A DNA stretch of 64,000 bases from Vermamoeba vermiformis. Its lineage: Eukaryota. Location: contig JBEWZL010000077.1 of the NCBI GenBank assembly GCA_045837725.1, positions 1 to 64,000 on the forward strand, written 5' to 3'. The first letter of the stretch is position 1. Each line of letters begins with the position of its first letter. Below the pieces are notes generated by a model. That model saw only the letters and a list, made by a program, of their open reading frames with translations, did not search any database and had not been told where the DNA came from. The position numbers and the translations under genes were made by a program. Below are positions 1 to 11,439 of the stretch, piece by piece.

Positions 1-2274
1 TTCAAGTTGACGCATCCGCTTTTGGAATCGGTGCCGTACTCTCACAATGTGATGAGAAAGGCAAAGACCACCCTGTTGCGTATTGGTCGCGCAAATTAAC
101 GGATAGTGAAGCTAAATCGTCGGCGACTGAACGGGAATGCCTCGCAGCTGTCGAAGCTATAAAACATTTTAGATCTTATTTATACGGTCAACCTTTTATA
201 ATAGAGACAGATCATAAATCTCTCGAATTTATGGACTCATTCAGAGCGATGAATGGCAAGGTTGCTCGTTGGAAAATGGCTCTCGCGGATTATAACTTCA
301 CAGTTCGCGCTAAACCTGGTCGTAAAAACGGTAATGCAGATTCTCTATCTAGACTTCCAAATTTCACAATTAATTCGATGACAATCGAATCTACTCTCGA
401 ATTTAATTTTGCGTCAAATCCAGATAAATTCAGACAAGAACAATTAAACGATCCTAAATTAAAATTGTATATAGATTACTTTGAACGCGATTGCGTACCA
501 CACGGATCGGGAATTGAATTTTTACGCAAATGCTCAGATCTATATATGCAAAACGGACTCTTATAAATTAAAATATCAAGATCATAACCCTTCACACGCG
601 AAATTATGTCTCGCTATTCCAGAGAAATTTACAAAATTAATTCTCGACGCGTGTCACGCTGATCCACTCTCAGCGCATCAAGGAATTCAACGTACTTACA
701 ATATTATTAGTACACGTTATTGGTGGCCTAAAATGTCCGCTGACGTGAAGGAATATTGTCGCTCGTGTGTTAAATGCATTGCACGAAAGACTCCTCGCGT
801 TTATAAAGCGGGTTATTTAAAACCAATTAAGGTCTCAAAACCGTGGGAATTAATCGGCATGGATATTCTTGGTCCGTTGCCGTTAACTAAACGTGGTTAT
901 AGATATATTATCGTATTTTGTGATTATTTAACGCGATTTCCAATCTGTGTCCCGTTAAAGGACATCAGTGCGAAATCAGTAGCTAAAGCGTATATAGATT
1001 ACGTTGTTATTGAGCATAATCCACCACTTAGAGTTCTTTCGGATCGCGGATCGAGTTTTAGAAACAAATTTCGCGAAGAGATCTTACAATATTTTAAAAC
1101 AAAACCGTCGTTTACAACAACTTATCATCCACAAACAGACGGACTTGTTGAACGATTTAATCATACACTCGCGACGCTTTTATCAGTATACGTTCACGAT
1201 AATCAAGGCGAGTGGGATATTTATTTAAAATACGTTCAAAACGCGTATCGCAAAGCAAAACACCCAACTATTGGTTATAGTCCTTTCTTTGCTTTATACG
1301 GGTATGATTCTGATCAAATTATAGACCGAATTTTTCCTGACGCGCCAGATTTAAACGAAAATTTAAACAATAACGAAGTATTAGACGAAATTATTAAAGG
1401 TAGAGATATTGCTCGTAAATATATTACCGAAAATATCGTTGCGACTCAAAATAGAATGAAAGAATACTATAATGAATATCGTCGCGACTCACAATTTAAA
1501 ATTGGCGACCGTGTTTGGTTTTATTGGCCGCCGCGAAGCGCGCCAGGTCAAATTCCTAAATTCTCTTTACCCTGGTCAGGTCCTTATACCGTTGTCGCGC
1601 GAAGATCTCCGCTCACATACGTAATTGCAAATCCAGATGGAGAAATTCTCGACCATTATATTAACGTTGATCGTTTGAAATTATGCACGTCAGTTACACC
1701 ACCTACCGAATTTATTTCCGTTCACAAAAATGACAATTTTGATTATACTAAAGTGTCATTTAACGCGAAGCAAATTGAAGACAAAACACCCGTTGATGAC
1801 ACTGAAATAGTAGATGATTTTACTGATAATATTAATACAAATAATACCAATACTAACATTAGCGATAATAATAATAATCAATCAAATATCGCTGCGAATC
1901 CAACTGTCAGTACGACAGATCAAACAGAGCCATACGTAGAGCCAGAATGGAAGACACCTAAATACGGTATGATTATATTCAATGCGTTAAAACGTTTGTA
2001 TTTAGCAAACCGCGATAATCCTTCCTCCCCTCTCGCGCCTATCAAGAAAGAATTAAAACAGACTCTCTCCGGCGATAACATTACGAGCAACAAGCGAATC
2101 AAACGCTTCAAAGAACAAATTAATGCAATTAAATCACATCAAGAGTTGCTCGAATTCTTACGCACTTGCCTTACCAACTTCGCCGAGATCTTCGAACAAG
2201 AAATTTCACGTGAAAAGAAGCGCAGTCATGAAGGCAAAGAGAAGCGCAATTCGAAGAGAAGAAGACTATTTTAG
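1..2274 (+). CDS. pol: Retrotransposon Pol polyprotein (partial), interrupted by a +1 frameshift at ~561-566
   Basis: Frame 3 runs from the window start to TAA at 564-566 (…NGLL*). Homology continues in frame 1 (YKLKYQ…) to TAG at 2274. Confidence 0.9.
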
Positions 2275-2301
2275 AACGCTTGCCGAGGCCGTCAAGAGTC
2301 T

Positions 2302-2313
2302 GAAAGGGAGGAA
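2302..2313 (+). promoter_or_regulatory. Polypurine tract
   Basis: GAAAGGGAGGAA lies immediately 5' of the TG that starts the LTR. Confidence 0.85.
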
Positions 2314-2399
2314 TGTGATGAGACAAATATCTCGTGTATATCTCGTGTACTTTATATAAATAAACGACCGTTCACACTACCACAGAACGGGTCATAACA
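2314..2399 (+). repeat. Putative 3' LTR, 86 bp
   Basis: Starts TGTGATGA right after the PPT and ends TCATAACA (7/8 inverted match, TG…CA). Contains TATATAAATAAA and a tandem ATATCTCGTGT x2 (2327-2348). The 5' LTR is not in the window for confirmation. Confidence 0.7.
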
Positions 2400-2807
2400 G
2401 TTATAGTAACTAGGTCGAGGATCAAATCCGAGACGCCATACACGTTTATGTCCACGTTGTTAGATACTTACAGTGAATGCAATTTAATCACTGCTAAATT
2501 TCACGTACATTTTCGAATATTTAAGTTGACAACGTTTTTACTCGACGTGACGCTTTCCGAAAACACGTGCTGGAAAGCTGTAGTACCAATTTCGCAAAAT
2601 ATCTACTTCCGAATGATTGCTACTGTTACTTATTCACAAACTTTGTTGACGGCAAAAGATCGGAGGTCGCTCCGTAGCAAGGAGCGGGACCAATCAGTGA
2701 ATTCAATTTTCCTTCCGCTCCGTGATACTTAATCGCAAACCTCCGTTTTGGATTTTAGTGCATAATTTATTAATTATTACCTTAAGCTACCACACAGAGC
2801 TCTAAGC

Positions 2808-4028
2808 ATGAAAAAGAAGACTAACACTAGCGACGCTGTCACCAAGAAATCAGATGCTGGATCTACTAGCACTTGGCTGAAAATACAAGGTATATTATTA
2901 TATTGATTATATTTACCAATAATTGAAGATCATTATCTTACCAGTATAATCGGTAGTTGTTGATCTGCAGTTTTTTAATTAATTATGTGAGTTAACAAAT
3001 TAAAATTTAACGAATTCTTTAAACCTGATTGCGATCCTTAATATGTGATTATATACAGCACTTAGTGGCGCATTTTTTGGATTATTCGTTGTGGTGCATC
3101 TGCTAAACCACGCAGTTGCTCACAAGGGAGTCGAAGCTTACACCAACGTGCAACACAAATTAAGGTAAAATAATTATAGAATATTCTTAATAGCGATTAA
3201 TCGTATTTCAGAACCGTTTACCAAAGTCCGATCGTCGAAGCTTTGATCTTCGCCAGCCTTGGAGTTCATATGTTGTCCAATACTATTCTTATCACTCGCC
3301 GTTGGAAGCGCGAGGCTGATCCTAAGGCTGTTCGCTCTTTGACGTTAAGCCAAAAGTTGCAACGCTGGTCTGGGTAAGAAACAATTCGGTATTTTTGCTT
3401 CACAAAGCTTTTTTTAAATTAATAGCATACGCAAGTCTTGGTTACTAATAGTGTTATTATTTTGTAGATACTTTTTGGCTACTGTTATCTTTGGTCATAT
3501 TTTCGCGACCAGATTCCAACAAACTCTTTTTAATCCTGAGTTGGACGGTGATTTTGCTCTTGCCACGTAAGCTTTATATCACTAACCATAACTATATTAT
3601 ACAAATATCCTAACTATAGTTCATAGCTACACTCTTGTGTACAACGGTGCCTTCTTCTTCCCGTACTACTTTTTGCTCGGTTCGTTGGGCTTGTTCCACT
3701 TGTCCTTTGGTTTCTTGAAGGCCTCTGATCTATTTTTGGGCACTAGAATGCACAGAAAGGTCACTGAAAGCGCAGCATTTTATTTCTTGATGACTCTTGG
3801 TAAGTACCGGATTCAAATCCAACAGAAAAGCCAAAATTTTTTTAAAACGAACAGCTATTTCGTAACGAAAATTATATTAATAGTATATTTATAGGCTCTG
3901 CAGGCGTCATGTCAATCTTATTGGCTTTTGCTGGTTATTACTTTGACGTTCAATCGCCTCGCGTTGACCTCTGGGTCCGTCATTACGACTATTTGTATAG
4001 CCTCGTTGGAATTAAGGCTAGCCACTAA
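2808..4028 (+). CDS. Multi-pass membrane protein, Mcp1/DUF1691-like (cytochrome-b-like His pattern), 6 exons
   Basis: Spliced ORF MKKKTNTS…WLKIQALSGAFFGLFVVVHLLNH…KLQRWSGYFLATVIFGHIFATR…PYYFLLGSLGLFHLSFG…KASH*. His residues fall in the hydrophobic helices. Confidence 0.65.
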
Positions 4029-4186
4029 GAAACAGACGAATGTTAGACCTTTTAACTGATATTCAATTCATTAACAACGGAAAAAGGGTGTTCTTTTTTT
4101 TGGACCGAACTAAATATTTATTTTAATTGCTTTTGTGCTTTCATACACAACAATAGATATTCATATATAGTTTGCATATTGTTACT

Positions 4187-5373
4187 ATGGTTACGAGGAA
4201 GCAAATACTTGGCGGATCTTTATTTTTGATCTTGATCTGCATGTTCTTTGTATTTCCAACAAATACAGCTAAATCGGGTCTTATAGCCTTCATAGAGTGG
4301 GCGAAGTCTACAGGTTTGTAACCGATATTTAATTATTCTCAAACGAATTTAATATTTACTATGTTCTGATCTACGTTGTAACAGACCAGATCTGATTTAT
4401 ATTATCGCGATAAATTATTAAATATTTATTATTATATAGGACCAATAGGATTAGCATTATTAGTTGTTTTTCACGTGATCGCAATTGTCATCTGCTTCCC
4501 TGGCACAATTCTGTTCGAGTTAGCAGAGGGCTTAATATTCGGAGTTATTTATGGGTACGTTATATAACGATAATTTACGCGAAAAATTGCTAATATTTTT
4601 CTAACAGCGGATCTATGGCGTTGCTTGCAAAAACTCTTGGAGCTTCATTATCTTATTTATTAGGACGTTCATTATTACATGAATGGATGAAAAAGAAGAT
4701 ATTATCGAATCATAAATATCGAGAGGTAAGATACTTCATTCGCCACGTCAGCAGATGTTGATCCGAAAAATTAACTCGACATTGGTAGGTATTTAACGCT
4801 ATTAAAGCTGATGGATGGAAGTTAGCCATATTATTAAGACTATCTCCTATTCCTTCATGGGTAAGCAAGTTAAAATAAGTCGGATCTGTTTGTTCTAACG
4901 ATGTTTTGTTTAGGCAAACAATTACGGTCTTGCCTTAAGTCCTATTCCATTTGTTACTGTTGTGTGGACCACGTTGGTTGGGTCTATTCCGACTATTATT
5001 CAGAACGTCAACGTTGGTAGTTTCTTACAAAGGTACATCCAGATCCACTTTTATTCCTTATTTAGAAAATACTAACAACTCTTTGTAGCCTTACCGATGA
5101 CAGTACTGTCGAATCAAATGTTGTTTTTAAACGCGTTATGATGGTCTTCAGTATTGTCTGCAGCGCTATTGTTATGAAACTTTTGTACAAATATTTCAGC
5201 ATTGCCAAAAATACTCCGAGTAACGGATCTAGAATCGGTAAGTGCTATATTTATTCAAATTAGTAGTATTATTACAGGTAGGTAGTTGGTTCTAATTTAT
5301 TTGTCAATCAGAAAATGTATTTAATGGACTGTTACACGAAGATCCGGAAGAATTACATAGTCATATTCCTTAA
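4187..5373 (+). CDS. TVP38: TVP38/TMEM64 (VTT/DedA, SNARE-associated Golgi protein); possible alternative last exon ending at 5630
   Basis: Spliced motifs FPGTILFELAEGLIFG, KTLGASLSYLLGR, LLRLSPIP, NYGLALS, TLVGSIP. Confidence 0.85.
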
Positions 5374-5853
5374 AAACGTTTATGATTATTTATTATATTA
5401 TGGATAATTACCCATACGAACAATGGCAATACTAATGTAAATACTTTATACTAAGTCAAATTTCAGTTGACTGGATCTACTGCAAGCATCTAACTTGACG
5501 TTTATTTTTAATAGAAGGCCTAAGCGAGAAGCATAAGGAAGTAGTGATTCCGAAAAGAGAACGAGAGGTAGCTCCTAGAGGACATAGAGCGACTGTTAAT
5601 GGACGTCATAGATCGCAGAATAATAACTGAAAACAGATCAGATCCCGTTCGCCAAAAGATGCACATCTGTTTAGAGCAAAACGAGTACTGTAGTCTTTAC
5701 GATTCTTTTGTTTACCTAATAAATACGCGTTTGCCAAGCGCGTTCAAAAAGATTAAATTGGATTTAAATCGACAAGGCACGTGATTTTTTTCCCGGAATT
5801 TCTGCAGGAAGTATCCGTTAGAAAATCATCGCTTTAAACTTTTCGAAAATGCG

Positions 5854-8171
5854 ATGGATACCACACTTGAAGTCGTGCAAGGCATTGATGATGCCGAACA
5901 AGTCATTGTGCATTTCGATCTCGATTGTTTTTTCGTTCAAGTCGAGAGAAAACGATTCCCCAGATTAATAGGCAAACCAATGGTTGTGCACCAACATAAA
6001 GATATTATTTCGGCGAGTTATGAAGGTAAATAATGCCTCCGAGCAATTTGAGAATTTTAATTAATTTTTGTAATTAATTATTTTTACAATTTTGTTTTCA
6101 ATATAAGTAATCGCCTTTATGCCTCCATAACGAAAACAAACTCGCATTATTTAATTTATTATTATTTCAGCTCGTGCTTTGGGAGTGAAGAAACACATGA
6201 CGATCGAAGAAGCCAAAGCGATCGCTCCAACTCTTGAAGTTGTTTCTATTTACAAAGAATACGGATCTAAAGTATCTTATAAGCCATATCAAGAATGCTC
6301 CGAGCAAGTAAGACAAATGAGATAACATTCAAGACCTGACAAATTTGCGTGCGCATCCGATCAGGATCTAATCCCTTTCATTTAGGTTGAAAAAGTTATT
6401 ATACGCCATGGAGCACCTGTGGTAGAAAGAGGCAGTATTGACGAGTTCTATTTCGATATTACAGAGTTAGTCTCTAAACGGATGGATCCACATCTAACTA
6501 ACAACTCGAGCGGCACTTTCAGCACGCCGAATGACTCAATGCTGACCGCTCAGTCAACGAAAAGTCAAATGAGTTCTCAGAATGAGAATGCGAGTACGTG
6601 GCACGGCGTTGTTTATGGCGGTGGTAAGTGTTGTTCGAAGATCTTGAAAACGGATCTAGACTAGAGAATCGTTGTTTTGTAGTCTCATATGACATGCAAT
6701 ATATGGCGTTATATATTAGGACTATAAGTTTCCGTTTGGTGTGGGCTTGAACAGCCGATCTCGGATCCAGATTTGGATTCGGTGGATCTGACAGATTTTA
6801 TTGTAGTGCCTAAAATAGCGTATCATTGCGATGAACGCATGCGCGTAGCATCAGCCATCGTTCATGAAATACGAGCGGCGATCATGAAAGAAGTGCAAAT
6901 CACGTGCTCGGCTGGCATTGCCAAGAACAAATTGTTGGCGCGAATTGCCTCAAATTTGAACAAACCTAATCAGCAGACTATTATATTACGACGAGGTGTT
7001 GAAAGTAAGTCCAGATCCGTCGGTTAAGACTTGCCTGTTATGGAAATAATATTAATTTTTTAACTTTCTTTGCACAGCGTTATTGTCGCATTTGCCCATT
7101 GAAAAATTGCCTAAAATAGGAAATAAAATTGGCAGAGACAAAATTGAAGAAATTAGACGGTTGGAATTAGTGAACTGTATTGACTTGCAGGTACGTCATC
7201 ATCGAATTTTTCTAACGCCGTTCATTAATATTATTTCCTTATTTAGAAATATTCGCTTAAAGAAATGAAAACACTGTTCACTGAAACAGGTGGTCGGTGG
7301 CTCTATGACGCCTGTCGCGGTGATGATTTCGAAGAAGTTTTTAAGAAAGGTCCGCAGACTATTTCCAAATATGGTAAAAATAATATTAATTATTTATTAT
7401 TATTAGGACCTGCTAAAAAAATAATGCGAAGTATGACATTAACACCGATATCAAATAATGGCGTGGAATTGCGACAAGATTTTTCGTACTTGGCTAAAGA
7501 ACTGTGCGATTGTTTAGCTAAAGACGTAAGTGGTATTTAAATAGGTATTTTGAATCGATGCTTAATTACTATATTTAGAAAAAAGAAAATAATCGCAAAC
7601 CTAAAACATTTTATTTGCATTATCGATGCGTGAATGAAAAAGAAAAATGTGTGTCAGCTCCGATAACCAAAATAATACAACATCCATCATGTACGTACCA
7701 TAATTAATATATTACTATACTTAAATATTGATATTATTATCAGCGAAGGGATTCAATCCGGATCAAGGCCAATACAGTTTTGAAGCGTTTTTGCAGACCA
7801 CGATGAAACTGTTTCATGAATCAATGGGCGATAGAAGGTAACATAATATGACCTTAAATAATATTATTGTATTAATATGAGTGAATAGTTGGACGATGAG
7901 GTGGATCGGGATCGCGGTTGGAAATTTCGCGGAGGATCCAAAACCAGTGTCACCGAAAGCGACAATAATGGGCTATTTTAATAAGCTGCCAAGTCCGCCG
8001 AAGACCACGAACAACAATAATACACAAACGAGTAGTAACAGCACTCCTGCAAATATTATTAGCGATGGTCAACCTAGAACGAGCGATCCGTCTAATTCAC
8101 TGAAAAGAAAGTCCGATGGATTGCAAGAGGAACGCAAGGACGAATCGACGAAAAAACAAAAACTTTTTTGA
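5854..8171 (+). CDS. Y-family translesion DNA polymerase (Pol eta/iota-like), multi-exon
   Basis: HFDLDCFFVQVE, SASYEARAFGVK, ERGSIDEFYFD, CSAGIAKNKLLARIAS..NKPNQQT; PIP-like TIMGYF and basic NLS-like C-terminus. Confidence 0.92.
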
Positions 8172-8282
8172 TTTGGCAGCATAAACAAAGTTCTATCTAG
8201 ATAATCAATCCGACCAATTTAAAATTTTGGTTCATTTTATTTTGCTCGTGAAAATTCGAATTTTCGACAATTTTGTCAATTT

Positions 8283-11182
8283 TTACAATGTGAATAGAGT
8301 CACTACGACCGCCATGATCATAGTGGACATTACTTGCACCACACTCGCACTGGAAGTTGGTTGGACCGGTACTGAAGTGGGTGTCGGACTGACTGGCTGC
8401 GCGACAGGTTCGGGCGGAATTTCTCCTTGAACTTCAGTGGACTGCGCTTTGCCTGACAGCCCTGTTTGAATGTTCGGAGGTGCGTCCGGTTGGTTTTGCA
8501 CTTGTTGATTGAACTCGTACTGTTGGTAGTTGTTGAAGTCTTGCACTACCTGGGCTGGGGTTGGCTCTTTGTTTTGCGGATCTGTCAAAAAAAAATTGAT
8601 TTCAGATAATTGCTCGCAAATAAACCGACGTGTATTAGAATTTGGTTAAGGTGCAAAAAATGTGTTCTTTGGATGTGACACGTGTCAAATCTACGACCGT
8701 CAAACGACGTGTCAAAGTGTCATCGTGTCAAATTGCAGTGCTTACCAGGAGCAACTTCGAGTTCAGTTTCCAAGGTGCTCTGTTGCTCCACTGATCGTTT
8801 CTTGGCGACTAAAGTGACACGACTGCCGCTGATGCCCGTCACATTTACGAAGACGTCGCGAACAATCATATCGAAGCCTTGTGGGAAGGGCCCATCGGCA
8901 GTCAAAGTAATCACGATGGTGATAGCTAAGCGGAAAATCACCGATCAGTAACAATTAGATAACGAAATTTCAATAGAAGTACTCACACTCGGGACAGTAA
9001 AGATTCGAGTTGACAGTAAATGACAGCACGTAGTCTTCTAGCGCCCAACTGAACGAATCGCTCGTGTTCAATGGAATTTGGACTGAGAACGGGAAGTAAG
9101 GACCTCGACCGACTTTGAAGTCTTCAACCGGTGCAAAATTCTGACAAAAAAAAATCAACCATTAGCACTCATAAAATTAGTTTTATAAGGTAAAGGCGAA
9201 ATAAAATTGATAATTTGGCTGACACGTGGTTTTTTGTTTAAACTTACGCCAGGAGTGAAGTTGTTTCTGTCATCGACTTGAGGGATAGCAAATCCTTTGG
9301 ATTCTGTGTTGTTGTATGAAAAGTAGCCTATTCTCGTGTTACGATCAATGCATTCGAGGATAGGAATGACATTCTGAATTGGCAACGGCGCTAATGTGTG
9401 AACCACATGATTGATGGTGACATGTACGCGACACTCGTCACCGATTATAGGAGATGCCTAGTATATCCCATATCAATATTTTGATAATAGGTCCCGGCTA
9501 GTATATACTTACAATAGTGGCATCATTGTCGGTGTCAGGGATACGTCCTCGCACATTCACTTTCCACGTGTCCCACTCGAGTCCAGTCAGCTCAAAATAC
9601 GAAGTTCTTCGAGAAGAGCCTAACGCTAACACTGTTTGGTCATCTGAGATGATAAGAATTATTAAATTGCCTTATGAATAGTATACTTTAAGCTCCGAAA
9701 TGAATAGGTTAATAGATCTGCATTTCTTACCGTTTGAAAACGCGAAATTTCTGTCTTTTCCGAGGAAATCAGTAGAAGAAGAGAGTGTTTGACCACTTTC
9801 AAAGTCAACCCAGTGCATCTAACAAGCGTTATAAGATCTTTTGCTGTTTTCGAAATCTTAATTTTAACGTACCGTGGAGCCAATAAAAATCTGAACAACA
9901 GCCTTTCCGTTATGATAAGCTACAGCACTATTCAAGTTGTACGTGTTGCTGTTCCAAGTATCGTATGTTTTATTCAAAGTCATCGCTCCAGTAAGCTAAT
10001 TAAATTGTAAAGATTAATACTCTTAAATTTAAATTTCTATGATACCGTTAAGGTTTACACTTACCGCATTAAATTTGTATAATCCGCCAGCACCAGAATA
10101 ATGAAGGACGATTATTTCATCACCAACGATCGTCACTTTCTTGGAATAAGTATTCGGCAAATTAATTGTGTAAGTCGGCGAGGCAATGACCGTTGGACCA
10201 CCGAATGAAAAAGGTAGACCATAGACTATAGGAAATTCCGTTGAAGTAGTAGTGGATTTGTAAATTAGGACGTCTTGCGTGGATGTTCCAGTGAAGTCCG
10301 CAGTGATGTTGTTGAAGCTCGTGTCAAGTGTCTGAGTCGAGTCTTTGAAGTACATGACCGCTTCTGTATTGTTAAGGTCGACTTGAATCTTCGACTTGAC
10401 CATCCAGTCATTTTTGAAGGGTGCCATGGAGGATTGATCTCCGAAATCCGACGGATCCACAAAAGTCAAAATTGTATCAAAGGCTGTAGTGTTGACTAAA
10501 TTTGTAGTGCCGGTGCCGGAATAATACAATATATTTCCTGTTAAGTGGGTGATCTTTGCGTCATCGGCTCCAGTAAAATAGCTGAAATTGAAAAACATTA
10601 GGCGATCCGATCCTGCTGGTCAGACTTAATTTTGAACTTACTAACTCTCGGGGTCATAAGAGCCATCAGTAGTATTAAATCGATAGATGTAATAACCTGA
10701 GACATAAACCATTGCATAAGCCCAGCCCTTAAGTCCGAATGTCAAAACTTCAAAACCGCTGTAAAGTCTCATATTGCATTCTTACGTTGTCATCCAAAGT
10801 TACTTCGCCCGAATCCACGGAAAAAGTAGCAGTAGTGCTTGGATACCGGTGGATAGGACTTAAGACAGTAGTTTTGCCGTTGGAAACGGACGCGCAACGA
10901 ATCTAAGTTAAACATTTCATAATTAGCGAATTATGATATAATAGTATTATTTTGTATTATTAATCTCAAATTTAAATAAAAGAATGTTAAATTGGTAATT
11001 TTTGGGGCGATCGGTTCTTCCACTTCAGCTTATTTACAAATACTTACAGGCTTGTCAACTTTGAAATTACGTTGAGGATTTGCTCCACGCATCGGATAGC
11101 CAGAGTTGGCTAATGATACCGCTGCGTGCATCCATCCGATAGAGCAAGCTGTCAAAAGAACAGCAACTACAAATAGCTTCAT
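8283..11182 (-). CDS. Secreted, probably GPI-anchored surface protein, multi-exon
   Basis: Signal peptide MKLFVVAVLLTACSIG. The exons checked join in frame. Pro/Thr/Gln-rich stalk and hydrophobic C-terminus SSASVVQVMSTMIMAVVVTLFTL*. Confidence 0.75.
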
Positions 11183-11439
11183 CGCATAAATATATTGTGG
11201 ACGCTGCTTGTTGAAGGTGTAAATAAATAAAGGTTAATTAATTTAGTGTTTTTTGTCTGTGAATCACATCCGTAAAAGGTACATTCAACGAACGACTTTC
11301 AAAGATCCGTTTGGTAAAACTGTCACACTCGATTCGGTGAATAATAAACACCTACCTATTTCCTCAACCCTCAATTCTTAGACATAAACACTTCGGCTGC
11401 TGTCCAACTGTCACAGCTTGGATTTGGATGTGCTTTATT

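Larger units (their letters stand above)
1..2399 (+). mobile_element. 3' part of a Ty3/Gypsy LTR retrotransposon (RNase H, integrase, PPT, 3' LTR); 5' end outside window
   Basis: RNase H motifs (VDASAFGIGAVLSQ, ERECLAAVEA, ETDHKSL, NADSLSR), integrase HHCC zinc finger and DDE core (GMDILGP, LSDRGSSF, GLVERFN), GPY motif. RH-IN order is Gypsy-type. Intronless. Confidence 0.95.

Noticed and set aside
2385-2440. tRNA-like fragment after the LTR (CATAAC…GGTCGAGGATCAAATCC)
   Set aside because: No acceptor stem, D-arm or valid anticodon loop; only a B-box-like motif is supportable.
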